A stretch of 64,000 bases of DNA from Glaucostegus cemiculus. Its lineage: Eukaryota. The notes beneath the pieces were generated by a model that did no database searches, was not told where the DNA came from, and saw only the letters and a list, made by a program, of their open reading frames with translations. Where the stretch lies: positions 3,100,001 to 3,164,000 of the forward strand of contig CDPCPM010000151.1 of NCBI GenBank assembly GCA_976551045.1, in the 5' to 3' direction. The translations under genes were made by a program, and so were the position numbers. Below, one piece after another: positions 25,651-39,132 of the stretch; within the stretch, counting starts at the first letter, position 1; the number at the start of each line of letters is the position of its first letter.

Positions 25651-27353
25651 AAGTTGTGTCTCCAATGTAAAGACGTCCTTCAAGCTGATAGGAAAACAAA
25701 CCTATTACATAAATGAGGTCTGACAGTCCCATGTTCATAAGCCATCAGAGTTACAAAGATTGGTGCACCCGGTGCTCAAACAGAATACACCAAATTCCTT
25801 ATTTGCCTCCTTTTTTATAGAAATAATTTACACCTGCACTCTCTGATTCCCAAGCTGTCCCAAGCTGTCAACCATATCTGGTACTTCTGTTACTGGCTGA
25901 TTCCACCCCATTGGTGACGCATTCACTATTATCAGAGTAAGGCTGTTGAAAGACCAAATGGATGATCCTCATTGAACATGGCTGGTTGGAAATTTGTCAT
26001 CAGCAGCCTGCCTTAAATGCCTGATACAGTACAAGTAAGTTATACTGTACTCCCTAAATATGACCCTGAAGATATTTGTGGAGTTGAATGCAGAAGTAAG
26101 GTACAACCCATGCACTACTATTTCATACATTTAGTACTTGCAACCAAAGAAAAATTTCAAACCATCTTTGTCCTTGATGCTGAGTTCTATTTAAATGTAT
26201 TTATGGAGCTACATGATAGGAAGCCTGAGGGCAGCACTGGGGTATAGGTTGCTTCATTTTCTGAGGAGTTGCAAGTGGGATTGAACATTCTGCTATTGTT
26301 CAGTAACCATCCCCTCTTCTGACCTTATGATGGAGGCAAGGTCATTGATGGTGAAACTGAAGATAGTTGGGGCTTAGGACACTGTCTTGAGGAAATGGAG
26401 TTTGATTTTCATGTCCGCCTGGCAAAAACAATAAAATTATGAGTTAATTGGGAGGTAAGCATTCTTCCTAAAGCATTCAGCAACCCACCATTAATCTGCA
26501 AATAGCACAAAAACAGACAATTCACTGAATCATATGACTTGATGTCATATACCTGAGTCCCTGAAACGCAGTTACAAGAGGGAGAAAGTGAAAACCAGCT
26601 ATGCATTTCCACTGACATTTTAAATCGTTTCCTTGAATGTCAGTTACTGTTTGGAAACAAAAGCAAATCAATACTCCCTTTGAGTTACCTTGTATTTTCT
26701 GCTACATTTAATTAGTAGCTGCATCTGCAGAGCACTTTTGAGACAATTGCTACTCCTGGGTTGCCCTGTAGAGGATTAAGCTTTAACCTGAAACAAGCCC
26801 TAATCACTAATAAAATGGATGCAAATGGACCAGATACAATAAGCACAATATAATAAAAGCTCCAGCTAAGAATGAGCACAGCAAACATGAGAGGTTGGTA
26901 GTAACATGACATTGTTTAGAAATGTCCACTGAAGTGTGGCAAACAAATCAAGGTCCTGGCCAGGAAGCTTTTAATCTTGTGACTTGGGAGTTATCTCATG
27001 GAAACCATACTGCAGTAAAATTTGTAGTTTTTTTATGGATGGTAAACAAAAATGAAATCTGTTGACGTTTTATGAAATGGTGAACAACATATAAATGCAA
27101 GGCGAGCAAAATAATACCGCTAGGTACATTCACTTTGTAGGCTTAGAAATAGATTGAAATTGTGGGAGTTGCAGCTTTCCCAATAAATTTATTTTAGAAA
27201 GGTCTGATCACCACAGAGTTTTCAGATTCAGACTGGGACTCTAATAAAAAAAACACAAAATGTTTCTTTTGGTAATCATTAAAGATGATTTAGAAGTCAG
27301 CATCGTTCCTTTTGAAGATTTTAATATACCTTTATCTTTTGCTTTATTCTCAG

Positions 27354-27435
27354 AAACAAACTTAAGCTCCCAACTTATACTAAGGTAGTTCTTCAATCTC
27401 CAGCTCTCCCTGGTGTGAGTCCACTAAGTGACAAG
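27354..27435 (+). CDS. Candidate coding exon (82 nt), product unknown
   Basis: Long pyrimidine tract cctttatcttttgctttattctcAG and donor aag|GTgagt; open frame NKLKLPTYTKVVLQSPALPGVSPLSDK. Protein not recognised. Confidence 0.3.
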
Positions 27436-27699
27436 GTGAGTTGCACACCTTGATTAAAAAGACAGGGAAAACAAACCGTGGTCTGAGATTTTAAAGGAAT
27501 GTAATTCCAATTATTACATGTCTCAGGATTTGCCTTTTCTTCAGTCAGTGGTTTTTCACATCCTGATATAAAGGCTACTGGGATCGTACAACCTTAAAAT
27601 GTTCTTTATTGCAATTATGAAATGCAGTGGATTAATTCTCACCCAAGACCCCATGGCCTATGTGAACACTCAGGTAGAATTAAAAGTTATATAATCAGG

Positions 27700-30228
27700 T
27701 AAAATAACACTTAAGAGGGAAATCAGGCAGGCAAGAAGAGGACATGAGATAACTCTGGCTGAAAAGGTAAAGAAGAATCCTAAGGGATTCTACAAGGATA
27801 TTAAGAGCAAAAGGGTAACTGGGGAGAGAATAGGTCCACTTAAGGATAAATCTGGTCATCTGTGGAGCCACAGGAGATGGGCAAGGTCTTAAATGAACAT
27901 TTTATCATCTGTATTTACCCTAGAGATTGTCATGAATGCTGAGGACCTAAGGGAAATGAATAGTAATATCTTAGAACATAACCACATTACAAAAGAGATG
28001 CTGGCAACTTAATATATTAAGGTGGCTAAATCCTGGGGGCCTGACTAAGTACCCTAAGACATTGTGGGAAGCTAGGGAAGAAGTTGTAGTGGCCCTGGCA
28101 GAGATATTTGCATCATCTTTGGCCATGGGTGAAGTACTGAGTGGCAAATGTTGTGCCTTCGTTTAAGAAGGGTTTTAAGAAACTATAGGCTGGTGAGCCT
28201 AACATCAGCGGTGGGAAAGTTACTGGAGGGGATTTTAAGGGACAGGATCTACCTGCATTTTGAAAGTCAGGGACTGATTAGGGAGAGTCAGTGTGGCTTT
28301 ATGCTTGAGAAATTATGTCTCACAAATTTAGTTGAAGTTTTTGAAGAGATGACCAAGAGAACTGATGAGAGCAGGTGGTGGACATTTTCTACATGGACTT
28401 TAGCAAGGCCTTTGACAAGGTCCCACATGGTAGCCCTGTCTGGAAGATTAGATCACATGGGATCCAGGATGAGCTGACTCATTGGATAATTAGCAAAATT
28501 GGCTTGGTAGAAGGAGACAGAGAATGATAGTGGAGGGTTGTTTTGCAGATTGGAGGCCTGTGACCAGTGGTGTGCCGCAGGATCAGTGCTGAGTCCACTG
28601 TTGTTTGTCATCTATATTAATGACTTGGGCCAGAATGTAGTTGCATGGTTAGTACATTTGTGGATGACGTCAAAATGGGTGGTGTAGTGTGGACAGTGAA
28701 GTGGATTATCTAAGATTGCAATGGGATCTAAATCAACTGGGGAAGTGGGCCAAAGAATGGCAGATGGAATTTAACCCAGACAAATGCAAGGTGTTGCACT
28801 TTGGTAAGTTGAACAAGAGCAGAACTTGCAATGTAAATGGCAGGGCCTTGAAGAGTGTTGTAGAACAGAGAGGCCTCGGAGTACAGGTACATAATTCCCT
28901 GAAAGTGGACACTCAAGTAGACAAGGTTGTGAAGAATTGCTTAGCACACTTGCTTTCATCAGTCAGAGCACTGAGTACAGGATTTGGGATATCATGTTAC
29001 AACTGTATAAGTCATGGGTAAGACTGTATTTGAAGTATAGTGAGTAGTTCTGGTTGCCTGGCCAAAGGAAAGATGTCATTAAGCTGGAAAGGTGTAAAAA
29101 AGATACATGAGAATGTTACCTGGATTAGAGGGCTTGATTTATAAGGAGAGGCAGGATAGGCTGGGACTTTTTTTTCTCTGAAGAATTAGAGTGACCTTAG
29201 AGAGGTATATAAAATCACGAGGGGCATAGATAAGGTGAAAAGTCACAGTCTTTTTCCTGGGGTAGGGGATTCTAAAACTAGAGGACATAGGTTTAAGGTG
29301 AGAGGAAAAAGATTTAAAAGGATTCTGAGGAGAAAGATTTAAAAGGGATCTGAGGGACAACATTTTCCACACAGAAGGTGGTGGGTACACAGAACAAGCT
29401 TCCAGAGAAATGCGTAGAGGTTGGAATTATAATGTTTCAAAGAGATTTAAACAGGTACATGGATAGGAAGAGTTTAGATATGGATAAGACTATAAGATAT
29501 AGGCTGATTTTCCAATTGTGACTGATTTTTTTTTAAACCTTTTCTCCAACCTTCTCCCTGTAACCCTTAACCCCCTCATCAATCAAAAACCTATTAATCT
29601 CTACCTTAAGTACATTCAATGACTTGGCCTCCATATCCCTCTGTGGCAATGAATTCCACAGACTCACCACCTTCTGATTGAAGAAATTCTTCCTCATCTC
29701 AGTTTTAAAGGGACATCCCTTTATTCTGAGGCTATGTCCTTGGATCCTCGACTCTCCTACTGAAGGAAACATCCTCGCTATGTCCAATCTGTCCAGGCCT
29801 TTCAGTATCCGGTAGGTTTCAATGAGATCCCCCTTTATTCTTCTGAACTCCAACAAGTACAAGCCTCAGAGACATCAAACCCACCTCATACATCAAGCTT
29901 TTCATTCCTGGGACCATTCTTGTGAACTTCCTCTGGACGTTCTCCAGGGTCAGCACATCTTTCTTTAGATACAGGGCCCAAATTGCTCGCACAATTTCAA
30001 ATGTGGTCTGACCAATGCCTTATTAAGCCTCAACAGTACATCCTTGTTTTTGTGTTCTTGTCCTCTCGAAATGACATTGCCATGACAAAACACATTGCAT
30101 TTTCCTTCTTAGAGGGACATTTACCAAATGTAGGCAAATGGGACCAGCTCAGGTGGACAACTAGTCGGTATAGATGAGTTGGGCCAAAGGGCCTGTTTCT
30201 GTGCTGTTTCACTCTGTGACTCTATAAC
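27700..30228 (+). mobile_element. CR1 LINE ORF2 fragment with 3' tail split by an inverted CR1 insertion
   Basis: NYRLVSLTSAVGKLLEGILRDRI and WQMEFNPDKCKVLHFG; the tail resumes at 30109 after the insertion. Confidence 0.93.
29484..30108 (-). mobile_element. CR1 LINE 3' fragment nested in the plus-strand CR1
   Basis: ORF 29533..29862 KGDLIETYRILKGLDRLD..FFNQKVVSLWNSLPQ; TTAGA on both flanks (29474-29478 and 30109-30113). Confidence 0.9.
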
Positions 30229-30879
30229 AATGCAAATAGAAAAGTGATTTTATTTTCATTTCAGATTCCAATATGACTTCAAATGCACTTAAAAGGAAGC
30301 AGCTCCTTCTAATTCTAACAGCTCAACTCAAAATAATTAGTAGTTTTACTACTTTATATTAGCAGTGGTGGAAGTAACTTAAATTTACTTCATTCACAGT
30401 GTATTGCTTCTACAGACTAAACTTCAGTGTGTCAAGATTCTAACTTCCTACTGTTGCTGAGCATCTGACCTGTAACTGGTGTCCAGGACAAAACTGACTT
30501 GGAATAAAGATGGACTGAGATTACCTCATTCCGAGAATCTTAATATTCTTAACTCTGTTGTCAAATATTACTCTGGATTCGTGCCACAATTACATTGCAA
30601 TTGCAGGAGTGTACCCATACTAATAGTTCCGGGGGCAAATGTGGACAGGGCTGGAAGGTATACACTGTAGAAATGCAATTAACTGCACCAGTTTGATTCT
30701 GCATAGGACACTGACAAAATTCATGTTCAACCACATTGCCTTCAGTGCTTAGGCAATACTAACCACATATCAACAAGTGACCAAGCTTGCTTATGCTAAC
30801 TGAAGGCATTTCTGCACCTCTTAAGGGGGAAATGTACATTTCCTGCAAAAGATGGTGGATGTCCCCCATAGCTTTTGGA

Positions 30880-31090
30880 CCAATCAGTGGCAGGGCACAG
30901 AAGAGAGCCAGCAGCCCAATTTTAAATGTGTCTCTGGATGCCTTGATGGATGATGTGGAGAGAAGGGAAGTCCTCTGCACACAGGTGCCCAGAAAGCCCA
31001 CCAGTTCCAATAGTCAGGAAGCGGTGGGAGGAGGTCACAGTGCTGTGAAGTTTCACATTCTGACATACGTGGTCAAGGTGAGTGAAGACA
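30880..31090 (+). mobile_element. Harbinger/PIF-like Myb/SANT gene remnant
   Basis: SLDALMDDVERREVL, frameshifted VRKRWEEV, then VVK followed by a GTGAGT donor at 31078; resembles Myb/SANT-like (NAIF1/MSANTD-type) domains from recall. Confidence 0.5.
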
Positions 31091-32769
31091 TCATCATATA
31101 ACTTCCCTGAACAAATGCATCACCATCCTCGCCCTCCATGCTGTACTCCCTCATCTCTCACCTATAAGTAGTCACTTCCACCTAATATTTATATGCCCCA
31201 TACTCTGATCTTTACTCCAAGCTTCACATCCACACCTCTGACCTTCCACCCAATTCAATGTTGGCAGCCACAAGAGAGGAGCATTTCATGAGGAGGGTGC
31301 TGTGGATATTGATAGTGATGATGTTGGGGGGGGGGAGCTGATCAGGAACAATAGGAAGTTAACAATGACACCCACAGGAAAGTGGGCACTCAGACCACGA
31401 ATCAGTGGACCAGGTGGAGTAAAACTGACAGAGTTACTTCAGTTCAGATTTGCTTCAGTGTTCCTGTAAATCTCATTAGAATTTTATGTTAGTAATATCA
31501 CCGTACATGTCATGTCCTCAGAAGTTTAAGCAACAATTTCAATCTATAGTCTTCTGCTCTAGTCTGAAAATAGTTCTGGTCTGAAAAAAATTCAAAGGTT
31601 TGTGCACCCTGAATTTCACCATTTAAATGCCTTACCCTCAGTGTAAATGGGTCAGTCAATGGCATTGTGTGCCTCTGGGAAGGCTGCGTTCCTGACAAAT
31701 GCTTGACCTTGTTGCCTGACGTCCTCTGCCAAAGGAGGGGACTGTCTGGTCTGTGCCATGCTGCAAAATTCCTGTGTTGCAGATGTCCTCTCTGCTGGCC
31801 TCATAAAGATCTACAGGCATCAGAATAGCTGCGAGGGATCTGATCAAAGCAGAGAGGGCATGGGCAAGGGGGCAAGATATGCGTGTGTGTTGTTTTACTG
31901 CATGTGCCTTCCCCTCAGTCTCCCTGTCAGGCTGCACTGCTGGTTGAATTGTCAACAGAACACCCATATCTGAGGACAACAGTGTTTGGTTGAAGCTTGA
32001 AATGACTGCATGCTCATTTCTTTCTACTAATCTGGTCACATTAATATTCAAGCCTGTTACAAGATCTGGAAAAGGATTTGCCTGTAACTCATTCTAGCCA
32101 ATATGCAGCAAATCCATCACCAGTAAAGCTGCAAATAATTGATGTTCCATTTAAATAAGGTTGGTGCAGGGCATGTCCCACTCTTCACATCTTCATTTCT
32201 ATGCTTGACCCAGCATGGTGCTGGATTTTTTTTAAATCTCAGTTCCCTTCTACTGCTAAATATGGGTCCTACATTCACACATACAAGTTAGGGGTTGGAT
32301 TAGGCTAGTCAGCCGCTCAAACTTGCACTGACCCCTGTGACATGACCCATTACATTTGGAAGCCAGAAAGAGACCCATTCATGTACACTCTGTACTGCGT
32401 TAGCCCGCCGCCAGTCTTCTCTATCTATCCATGTCAATGTATTACAAACTAAACCTCGCCCTTGATAGTATTGAGCTTTCTGAGCTGCACACATTCAGGC
32501 AAATGAAAAGTATTCCACAGGGCTCTTGCGCCTTACAAATAGGGGAAAGGCTTTGGGGTATCAGGAGGTGAGTCACTTGAAGCAGGATACCCAACCATTG
32601 ACCTAGTCATGTAGCCATATTATTTGTGGTTGGTCAACTTCGTAACAGTAACACCATCAAGGAAAGGTAGTTAGACTCATTAGAAAGATGGTCATTCTCT
32701 GGCAGTTCTGTGGCACAAAATTTTACTTCACATTTATCCACTCATGACAGAATGTTGTCTAGGTCACTT

Positions 32770-33016
32770 TTTAAATTAAAATTTTTACATTTTATTTACA
32801 ACATGGTAACAAGCCCTTCTGGCCCAATGAGTCTGTGGTGCCCATTTTAAAGCCAAATTAACCTACCTGAATGTCTTCAAAATGTGGGAGGAAACCGGAG
32901 CACCAGGAGGAAACCCATGCAGACACGAGAGGATGTACAAACTCCTTACAGTCAACGACGGGAATCGAACCCCAATCGCTGGCGCTGTAATAGTGTCGCG
33001 CTAACCGCTACACTAC
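32770..33016 (-). mobile_element. V-SINE with CR1-type tail
   Basis: Same structure as 13035-13293. Confidence 0.9.
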
Positions 33017-33349
33017 TTTCACCTCTGGAATTCAGGACTTTGATCTATGCTTGGTCCAAGGCTGTGATAAGTCAACTAGTCCTTGTAATATCCAAGCTAG
33101 GCATTGGGTGAGTTGGTAAATGATCAGTAAGTGCTGCTTGGCTGAACTGTAAATGACATTGCTGTGCCATCTCTGATGTTACGCACGCTGCATTATCTCA
33201 ACTTAGCACCTGAAAACTTCTCTGGATGAAGATAAATAGCTTACAGTCCTCTGCAAAGCAAATAGAAAGATTTAAGTCTTGGGGCTTACTTGTGTGAGCT
33301 TCATCTGATAGGAGTTGAGACTTGGAGAGAGAGTGGGAGAGTTTAAAAG

Positions 33350-34393
33350 AGGAGGATGTTCTTTCAGGGGCTAGCCACAATATTCAGGTCTCTTGGCACT
33401 GTGACTGACTCTGAGACTCAGAGGGAAAGGGTGCAGTCAGACAGGACGATAGCAACAGGAGACTCAGTAGTGAGAGGGAACAGACAGGAGCTTTTGTAAC
33501 CGGAGATGCCAGGATGGTGTATTGCCTCCTGGGTGCCAGGGTCAAGGATGCCTCTGAGCAGCTGCAGAAAATTCTCGAGCGTGAGGGTGAAGAGCCAAAA
33601 GTTGTTGTCCATGTTGGTACAAATAACATAGGTAGAACAAGGGATGAGGTTCTGTAGAATGAGTACAGGGAGTTCGGTAAGAAGAAGCAGAACCTTGAGG
33701 GCAGTGATCTCCGGATTATTCCCAGCGCCATGTGCTAGTGAGGTCAGAATAGAAAGATAGGTCTGATGAATGTGTGGCTGAGGAGCTGCTGCAGGGGGCA
33801 GGGATTCAGGTTCTTTGACTATTGGGATCTCTTCTAGGGTAGAGGCAACCTATACAAGAGGATAGGGGTTGCAGTTGAACCACAGAGGGACCAATATCCA
33901 TGCAGGGAAATTTGCTAATGTTACACGGGAGGGTTTAAACTAGATTGACAGGGGAGTGGGACTCTGAGCAGGAGCAAGTCATGGGATAAAGCAGTAGCCA
34001 GCGAGAGCAAGTTTAGTAATCAGAATAGTCAGGGACACAATAAAAGCAAGGAAAGGAATACCTGTTAAACTGCATTTATTTCAATGCACAAGATTTAACA
34101 GGTAAGGCAAACAAACAGAGTGTGGATTAGCTCTTGAGGACTGGGATGTTACAGCCATAACAGAAATATGGCTGAGAGAAGGGCAGGACTGGCAGCTTAA
34201 TATCCCAGGGAACAGATGCTACAGTCATGACAGAGGTACAGGTAAGTGAGGAGGGGTTATTGCCTTTTTGGTAAGGAAGGACATAACTGCAGTACTTAAA
34301 GATGGCATTCTTGTGGGAATCGTCCAGTGAGGCCATATGTGTAGAACTTAGAAGCAAGAAGGGGAGGGTCACACCTGCGGGGCTGTATTATAG
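33350..34393 (+). mobile_element. CR1 LINE ORF1 (SGNH/GDSL esterase) and start of ORF2 endonuclease, decayed
   Basis: TGDSVVRG..CLLGARVKD..VVVHVGTNNIG (esterase), then AITEIWLREGQDWQLNIPG..SEAICVELRSKKG (AP endonuclease). Confidence 0.85.
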
Positions 34394-34394
34394 A

Positions 34395-34587
34395 CATGGG
34401 TTTCCTCGGGGTGCTCCAGTTTTCTCCCACACTCCAAAAAACGTACAGGTTAGGAAGTTGTGGGCATGCTATGTTGCCGCCAGAAGCATGGTGACACTTG
34501 CGGGCTGCCCCCAGAGCACTATGCAAAAGATGTATTTCACTGTGCATTTCGGTGTATATGAGACTAATAAAGAAATCTTATCTTATC
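34395..34587 (+). mobile_element. 5'-truncated V-SINE with Rex1-like tail
   Basis: Starts in the V domain and ends aaatcttatcttatc. Confidence 0.88.
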
Positions 34588-35354
34588 CATGCCGTAATCA
34601 TCTATGACTCTATGGTTGAGGCAGCCAGGCTCACAGGAAAGACTTCTGGTCCGGGAAGGTGTTGCTCCATTGTGAAATAACCCTTGAATCCTGTCTCCTT
34701 GGTACAACTTCATGGAGAAGCACAGTGGGAATAGAAGGTAGGGAGAGTGTGAAGTGAGGAAAAGAAAGCAAGAAGATGGGGAAGAACCATAGCTAAAATA
34801 AATAAATCCTTAAATGGATGGGAAACAATCAAATAGGCATTAGTTCTGACATGTGAATATATGTGCTCTCTCAGCTTTGGTAGTCAGACCGCCTTCTATT
34901 TACACAGTTTCCTCTGCAGTCATTGACTGGAAAATAAACACTTTGAAGCAGCTCAACATTGCTATTCTTTTGTTGACACAGACCACTTGACTGGAAACAG
35001 CATCAGACTTTTTCATACCTGTCTTTTTCAGCAGAGACCACTAAAGCTACAGCCAGAGAATGAAAATGCAGTTTACTCAAAAATCCATACCAGAGTAGGG
35101 TGACAAAGAGATAGCAGGACAGCTAGCAATTGGTATTTGATTGGCTTGGGGGTAATCGGGAGCCCACTGGGACATCAACAAAGGATTTGGCCCCGTGATT
35201 TCCTATTCTGCTTACAACCACGATGTGTGGTATCACGTGAACAAAACCAGTCCAAATAATGTGCTGTCAGGAGACTTTACATTTTGGTGTTCTTCATTTT
35301 AAGGACTTTTTAGTGCTAAATGGCAAAATGTACTTTGTATTTTTAATTCATTAT

Positions 35355-35880
35355 AGATACATCATAGAAAATATCCTAGCCAGATATATTACAGCTTGGT
35401 ATGGCAACTGTTCTGTCCGGGACCACAAGAAACTGCAGAATTATGGACACAGCTCAGCACATCATGAAAAACAGCCTCCCCTCCATGGACTCTGTCTATA
35501 CTTTTCGCTACCTCGGTAAAGCAACCAAGATGATCAAGAACCCCATCCACCCAGGACGTTCTCTCTTCTCCCTTGTCCCATCAGGCAGAAGATACAAAAG
35601 CCTGAAAGCATGTACCACCAGCTTCAAGGACAGGTTCTATCCTACTGTTATAAAATGATAAGATGGACTATTGACCTCACACTCTACCTCGTCGTGGCCT
35701 CGCACCTTATTGCCTAGCTGCACTGCACGTTCCCTGTAACTAATGCTATATTCTGCATTCTGTTATTGCTTTTTCTCGTACTACCTCAATGCACTGAGGT
35801 GATGAAATTATCTGTACGGATGGCATGCAAAACAAAGTTTTTCACTGTATTTCGGTACATGTGGCAACAATAAACAAACT
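35355..35880 (+). mobile_element. Rex1-type LINE 3' fragment
   Basis: IENILARYITAWYGNCS..HPGRSLFSLVPSGRRYKSLKACTTSFKDRFYP, then a 3' UTR ending aataaac. Confidence 0.88.
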
Positions 35881-36717
35881 TAGCATCAAAGACCTGTAGC
35901 CACATAAGTGGATGCAGAGTAATAATGCTCATAAAGGCATGGCAATCTGGGCCCCTTCAAAAGTTGGGAACTACTTTGTTCAATATATGGTCATGAATTC
36001 TACCTGAAAATACCACAGCAGTGGGTTTTACAGTCCTTAAATTATCATACCACAATCAAACCATTAAATCTTGCTGACAGAGTTTTTATGTGTACAATCC
36101 AATTTCAGACAAAAAATAAATAAATTTACATCAAATAAACATGATTTAAGATATAAGTTTTAAAATATGAATAGATTGGTGTATTCCTTTTAGCTCATGA
36201 CAATCTTTGACTTCAGCAGACGTAGTGAACTAATTACATAAACGTTGCCTTTTAATGGAGACCTTCAGTGAATTGGGTTGTAATTAAGACCCCACAGAAT
36301 CAGAGTTCTTCATCTTATCTTGTGGATGCAGAATGTAAGTATTTTTGCAGCTAGTGTAGCATGGAAAAATAAATCACAGTGATTAAATCACAGTGACGTA
36401 AAGATTCATTTCTGAGTAACATTAAATTGTTTGATATTGCAATTAAAATGAGCTGACAGTTGGTTCTGCAATTGATAACATCAGCTAACTCTGTTTCATT
36501 GTGACATTAAGCCAATGGTATTGGAACATTGTGATTCCATTTCATGACAGTCATTGCACAGCAAAATTTTTCCTCTATCACATCAATTTGATTCATCACG
36601 GTGGTCTCAGGAAAACTGGAAACATGATCCCACTGCTGCAAAAACCCAACAGCAAGGAATGTCGGCAGGGAAGAATGTTTATTGCTGCTGAGATTAGATA
36701 TTTCCCCAGTGCTGATG

Positions 36718-36720
<3 letters not shown>

Positions 36721-36758
<38 letters not shown>
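36721..36758. repeat. (GT)19 microsatellite
   Basis: Read directly. Confidence 0.98.
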
Positions 36759-36761
<3 letters not shown>

Positions 36762-37432
36762 TTCTGCATGACAATGCGTTGAATATGCTGTCTGGTATAT
36801 AAACACAGAGATCAGCACAGATGGATGAGATAGCAATGTGTATGTAAAAGTTTGTAATTTTGCATTGAGGCTGGTGTATGGTAGGTGCTGCTCAAGTTGT
36901 TAGCTCTATTCACCACACTGCCAGTGCCTCCTTGGCACAAAATGAAAAGCAGCTGCCATGAAAATACCCAACAGGGAAGTTCAGCTGAGATGAGACGGAT
37001 TGGAACAGCAACTCGAGTGGACCCAGGAGGATTGATCCATTAGCGTCACGCTTGTTATTTTCCTTCCAGACACGCATAGATTTCTTTTCTAAAATGCACA
37101 TCAAGGTGAGGGATGACAGGGTGGTGAATGGAAAATTATTTCCATCTACTGACAACATTACTCAGTTCACCCCTACTGTGAACTGCAGGACACACTGAAT
37201 TCTGACACTTGCAGTTAATAGTCGAGTACTATCACACTTTTTCTTAATATCAAGTTGATACCAAACCACTCTATACAGAAATCACCAGAGATAACTGCTA
37301 TTATTATTTTTATTATTAAATGCTAAATATTCTATAAAACCTTAGGAGTTTGGTTGGTTTGTACTTCAAAAACCTTAATTCCAGAAGTTGATGAAAATGA
37401 AGTACACCTTAAATTAAATTTTATATTTCCTT

Positions 37433-37723
37433 ACAATGTAGAAGGTGGCCATTTGCCCATATACTCAACATTTGTTCTTAATCCCTTCTCCCACTTATTT
37501 CTCTGTAACCCATTCTTGCTCATGTGCCTATCAACTGTTCCCCAATTCTCCTACCACATTTACTACAGTCAATTAACCTAACAACCAGCACATCTTAGGG
37601 ATGTGGGAGGAAACCAGAGCACTCAGTGCAACCAGAGCATTCTCCCATGTAGTCACCGGGAGAATTCACAAACTCCACATAAACACCATTCAGGTCGCTG
37701 AAGCTGTGAGACACTGTGCCACC
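37433..37723 (-). mobile_element. Older V-SINE
   Basis: V domain gatgtgggaggaaaccagagcac plus head remnant. Confidence 0.75.
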
Positions 37724-38089
37724 CATTTGAATAATTTGATTAGCAGGATAAATGTAATAGTCTACAAAAATGGTCAGAAAGATCACAGTATGCAACTAAC
37801 CCACAGCCATTCAATCCACCAAGGTAGCACAGCCATTAAGATGACCCTGACCTCCAACTAGAAATAACCATCCTGCTCATTGTGTGGATATTTCAGTGTA
37901 GGGCACGGGGAATTCATGTTGTAAGCAGCTTGTACCGGTTAAAGACGGTCTGCATCTCTTGAGAATTGTTGGATCAGAGGGTATTTTACAGTTGAAGAAT
38001 GGTGCAAGACAACAAGCTAGTATGACAATGTAGTATTGGAGGCAGTCCAAAGGAGATTCATCAGGCAAATTCCTGGGATGAGAGGTTTG

Positions 38090-38573
38090 TGCAGGGAATG
38101 TGCAAGAACATAAGAAGCTGCAGAGTGTAGTGGACTCGGCTCAACATATCACAGGCACATCCTTCCACACTATCAGAAGTATCTACATGAGACTCCGCCT
38201 CAAGAAGGCAACATCTATCATTAAAACCCCCCACCATCCAGGTCATGCCATCTTCTCGTGGCTACCATTAGGTAGGAGGTAACAGAAACTTGAAGTCTCA
38301 CACCACCAGATTCAAGAACAGCAACCATTTGCTTCTCAAACCAATCTGCACAACCCTAATCACTACCTCAGTACAGCAACACAATGACCATTTTGTACTA
38401 CAATGGAGTTTTTTTTGTTCTAATTGTGTTCTTATGGATATAATTTTGTTTAATTTATGTTTGACATGTTTTTCTTGTGAATGTTGTTTATTGAATTTTA
38501 TGTGCCTGTGATGCTGCTGCAAGTAAGTGTTTGTGCATATGACAATAAATTCAACTTTGACTTCGACTTTGAC
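38090..38573 (+). mobile_element. Rex1-type LINE 3' fragment
   Basis: KKLQSVVDSAQHITG..HHPGHAIFSWLPLGRR; ends aataaa plus a (GACTTT)n-like tail. Confidence 0.85.
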
Positions 38574-38981
38574 ATTGTGCTGTCTAGAGGTTAGACAGTT
38601 TGGGTCTGTATTCCCTGAAGTTTACAAAAATGAGGGGTGACCATATTCAAATATATGAGCTACTAAAGGGCTTTGGCAGTATAGATGCTGAGATGTTTTC
38701 ACTAGTAGAAGAGTTACAAACAGGGGACAAAGGTGCAAAATAAGGGGACGCTTATTTAAAACTGAGATGTTTAGAAATTTCTTCTCTCAAAGGGAAGTGA
38801 ATCTCTGCAATTCTCTGCCCCTGAGGGAGGTGGAGGCCAGATTATTTTAAAAGATGGAGATAGGTAAGTATTTGAAAGATCAAGGAATTGAGAGTTTTGG
38901 GTATCTGGCATAGAAGAGGAGATGAGGCAGCATAGATCAGCCATGATCGTACTGAATGGCAGTGCAGGTTTGAAGGGCCTG

Positions 38982-39132
38982 GTGTCAAAGTCAAGGTTGA
39001 GCTTATTGTCATTTGCACAAGTACATGTATGCAGAGGTGCAATGAAAAACTTATTTGCAGCAACATATACCACAGCATATCACAGGCACATACTATTGGA
39101 GACTCAACATTCCCCAAAAAAAACATAAATTT
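38982..39132 (-). mobile_element. Rex1-type 3' tail
   Basis: Reverse complement of 38450-38573-like sequence. Confidence 0.7.

Noticed and set aside
29300-29356. Short tandem duplication
   Set aside because: Local slippage inside a dead CR1.
36501-36836. ORFs with VC/HT repeats
   Set aside because: Produced by the (GT)n microsatellite.
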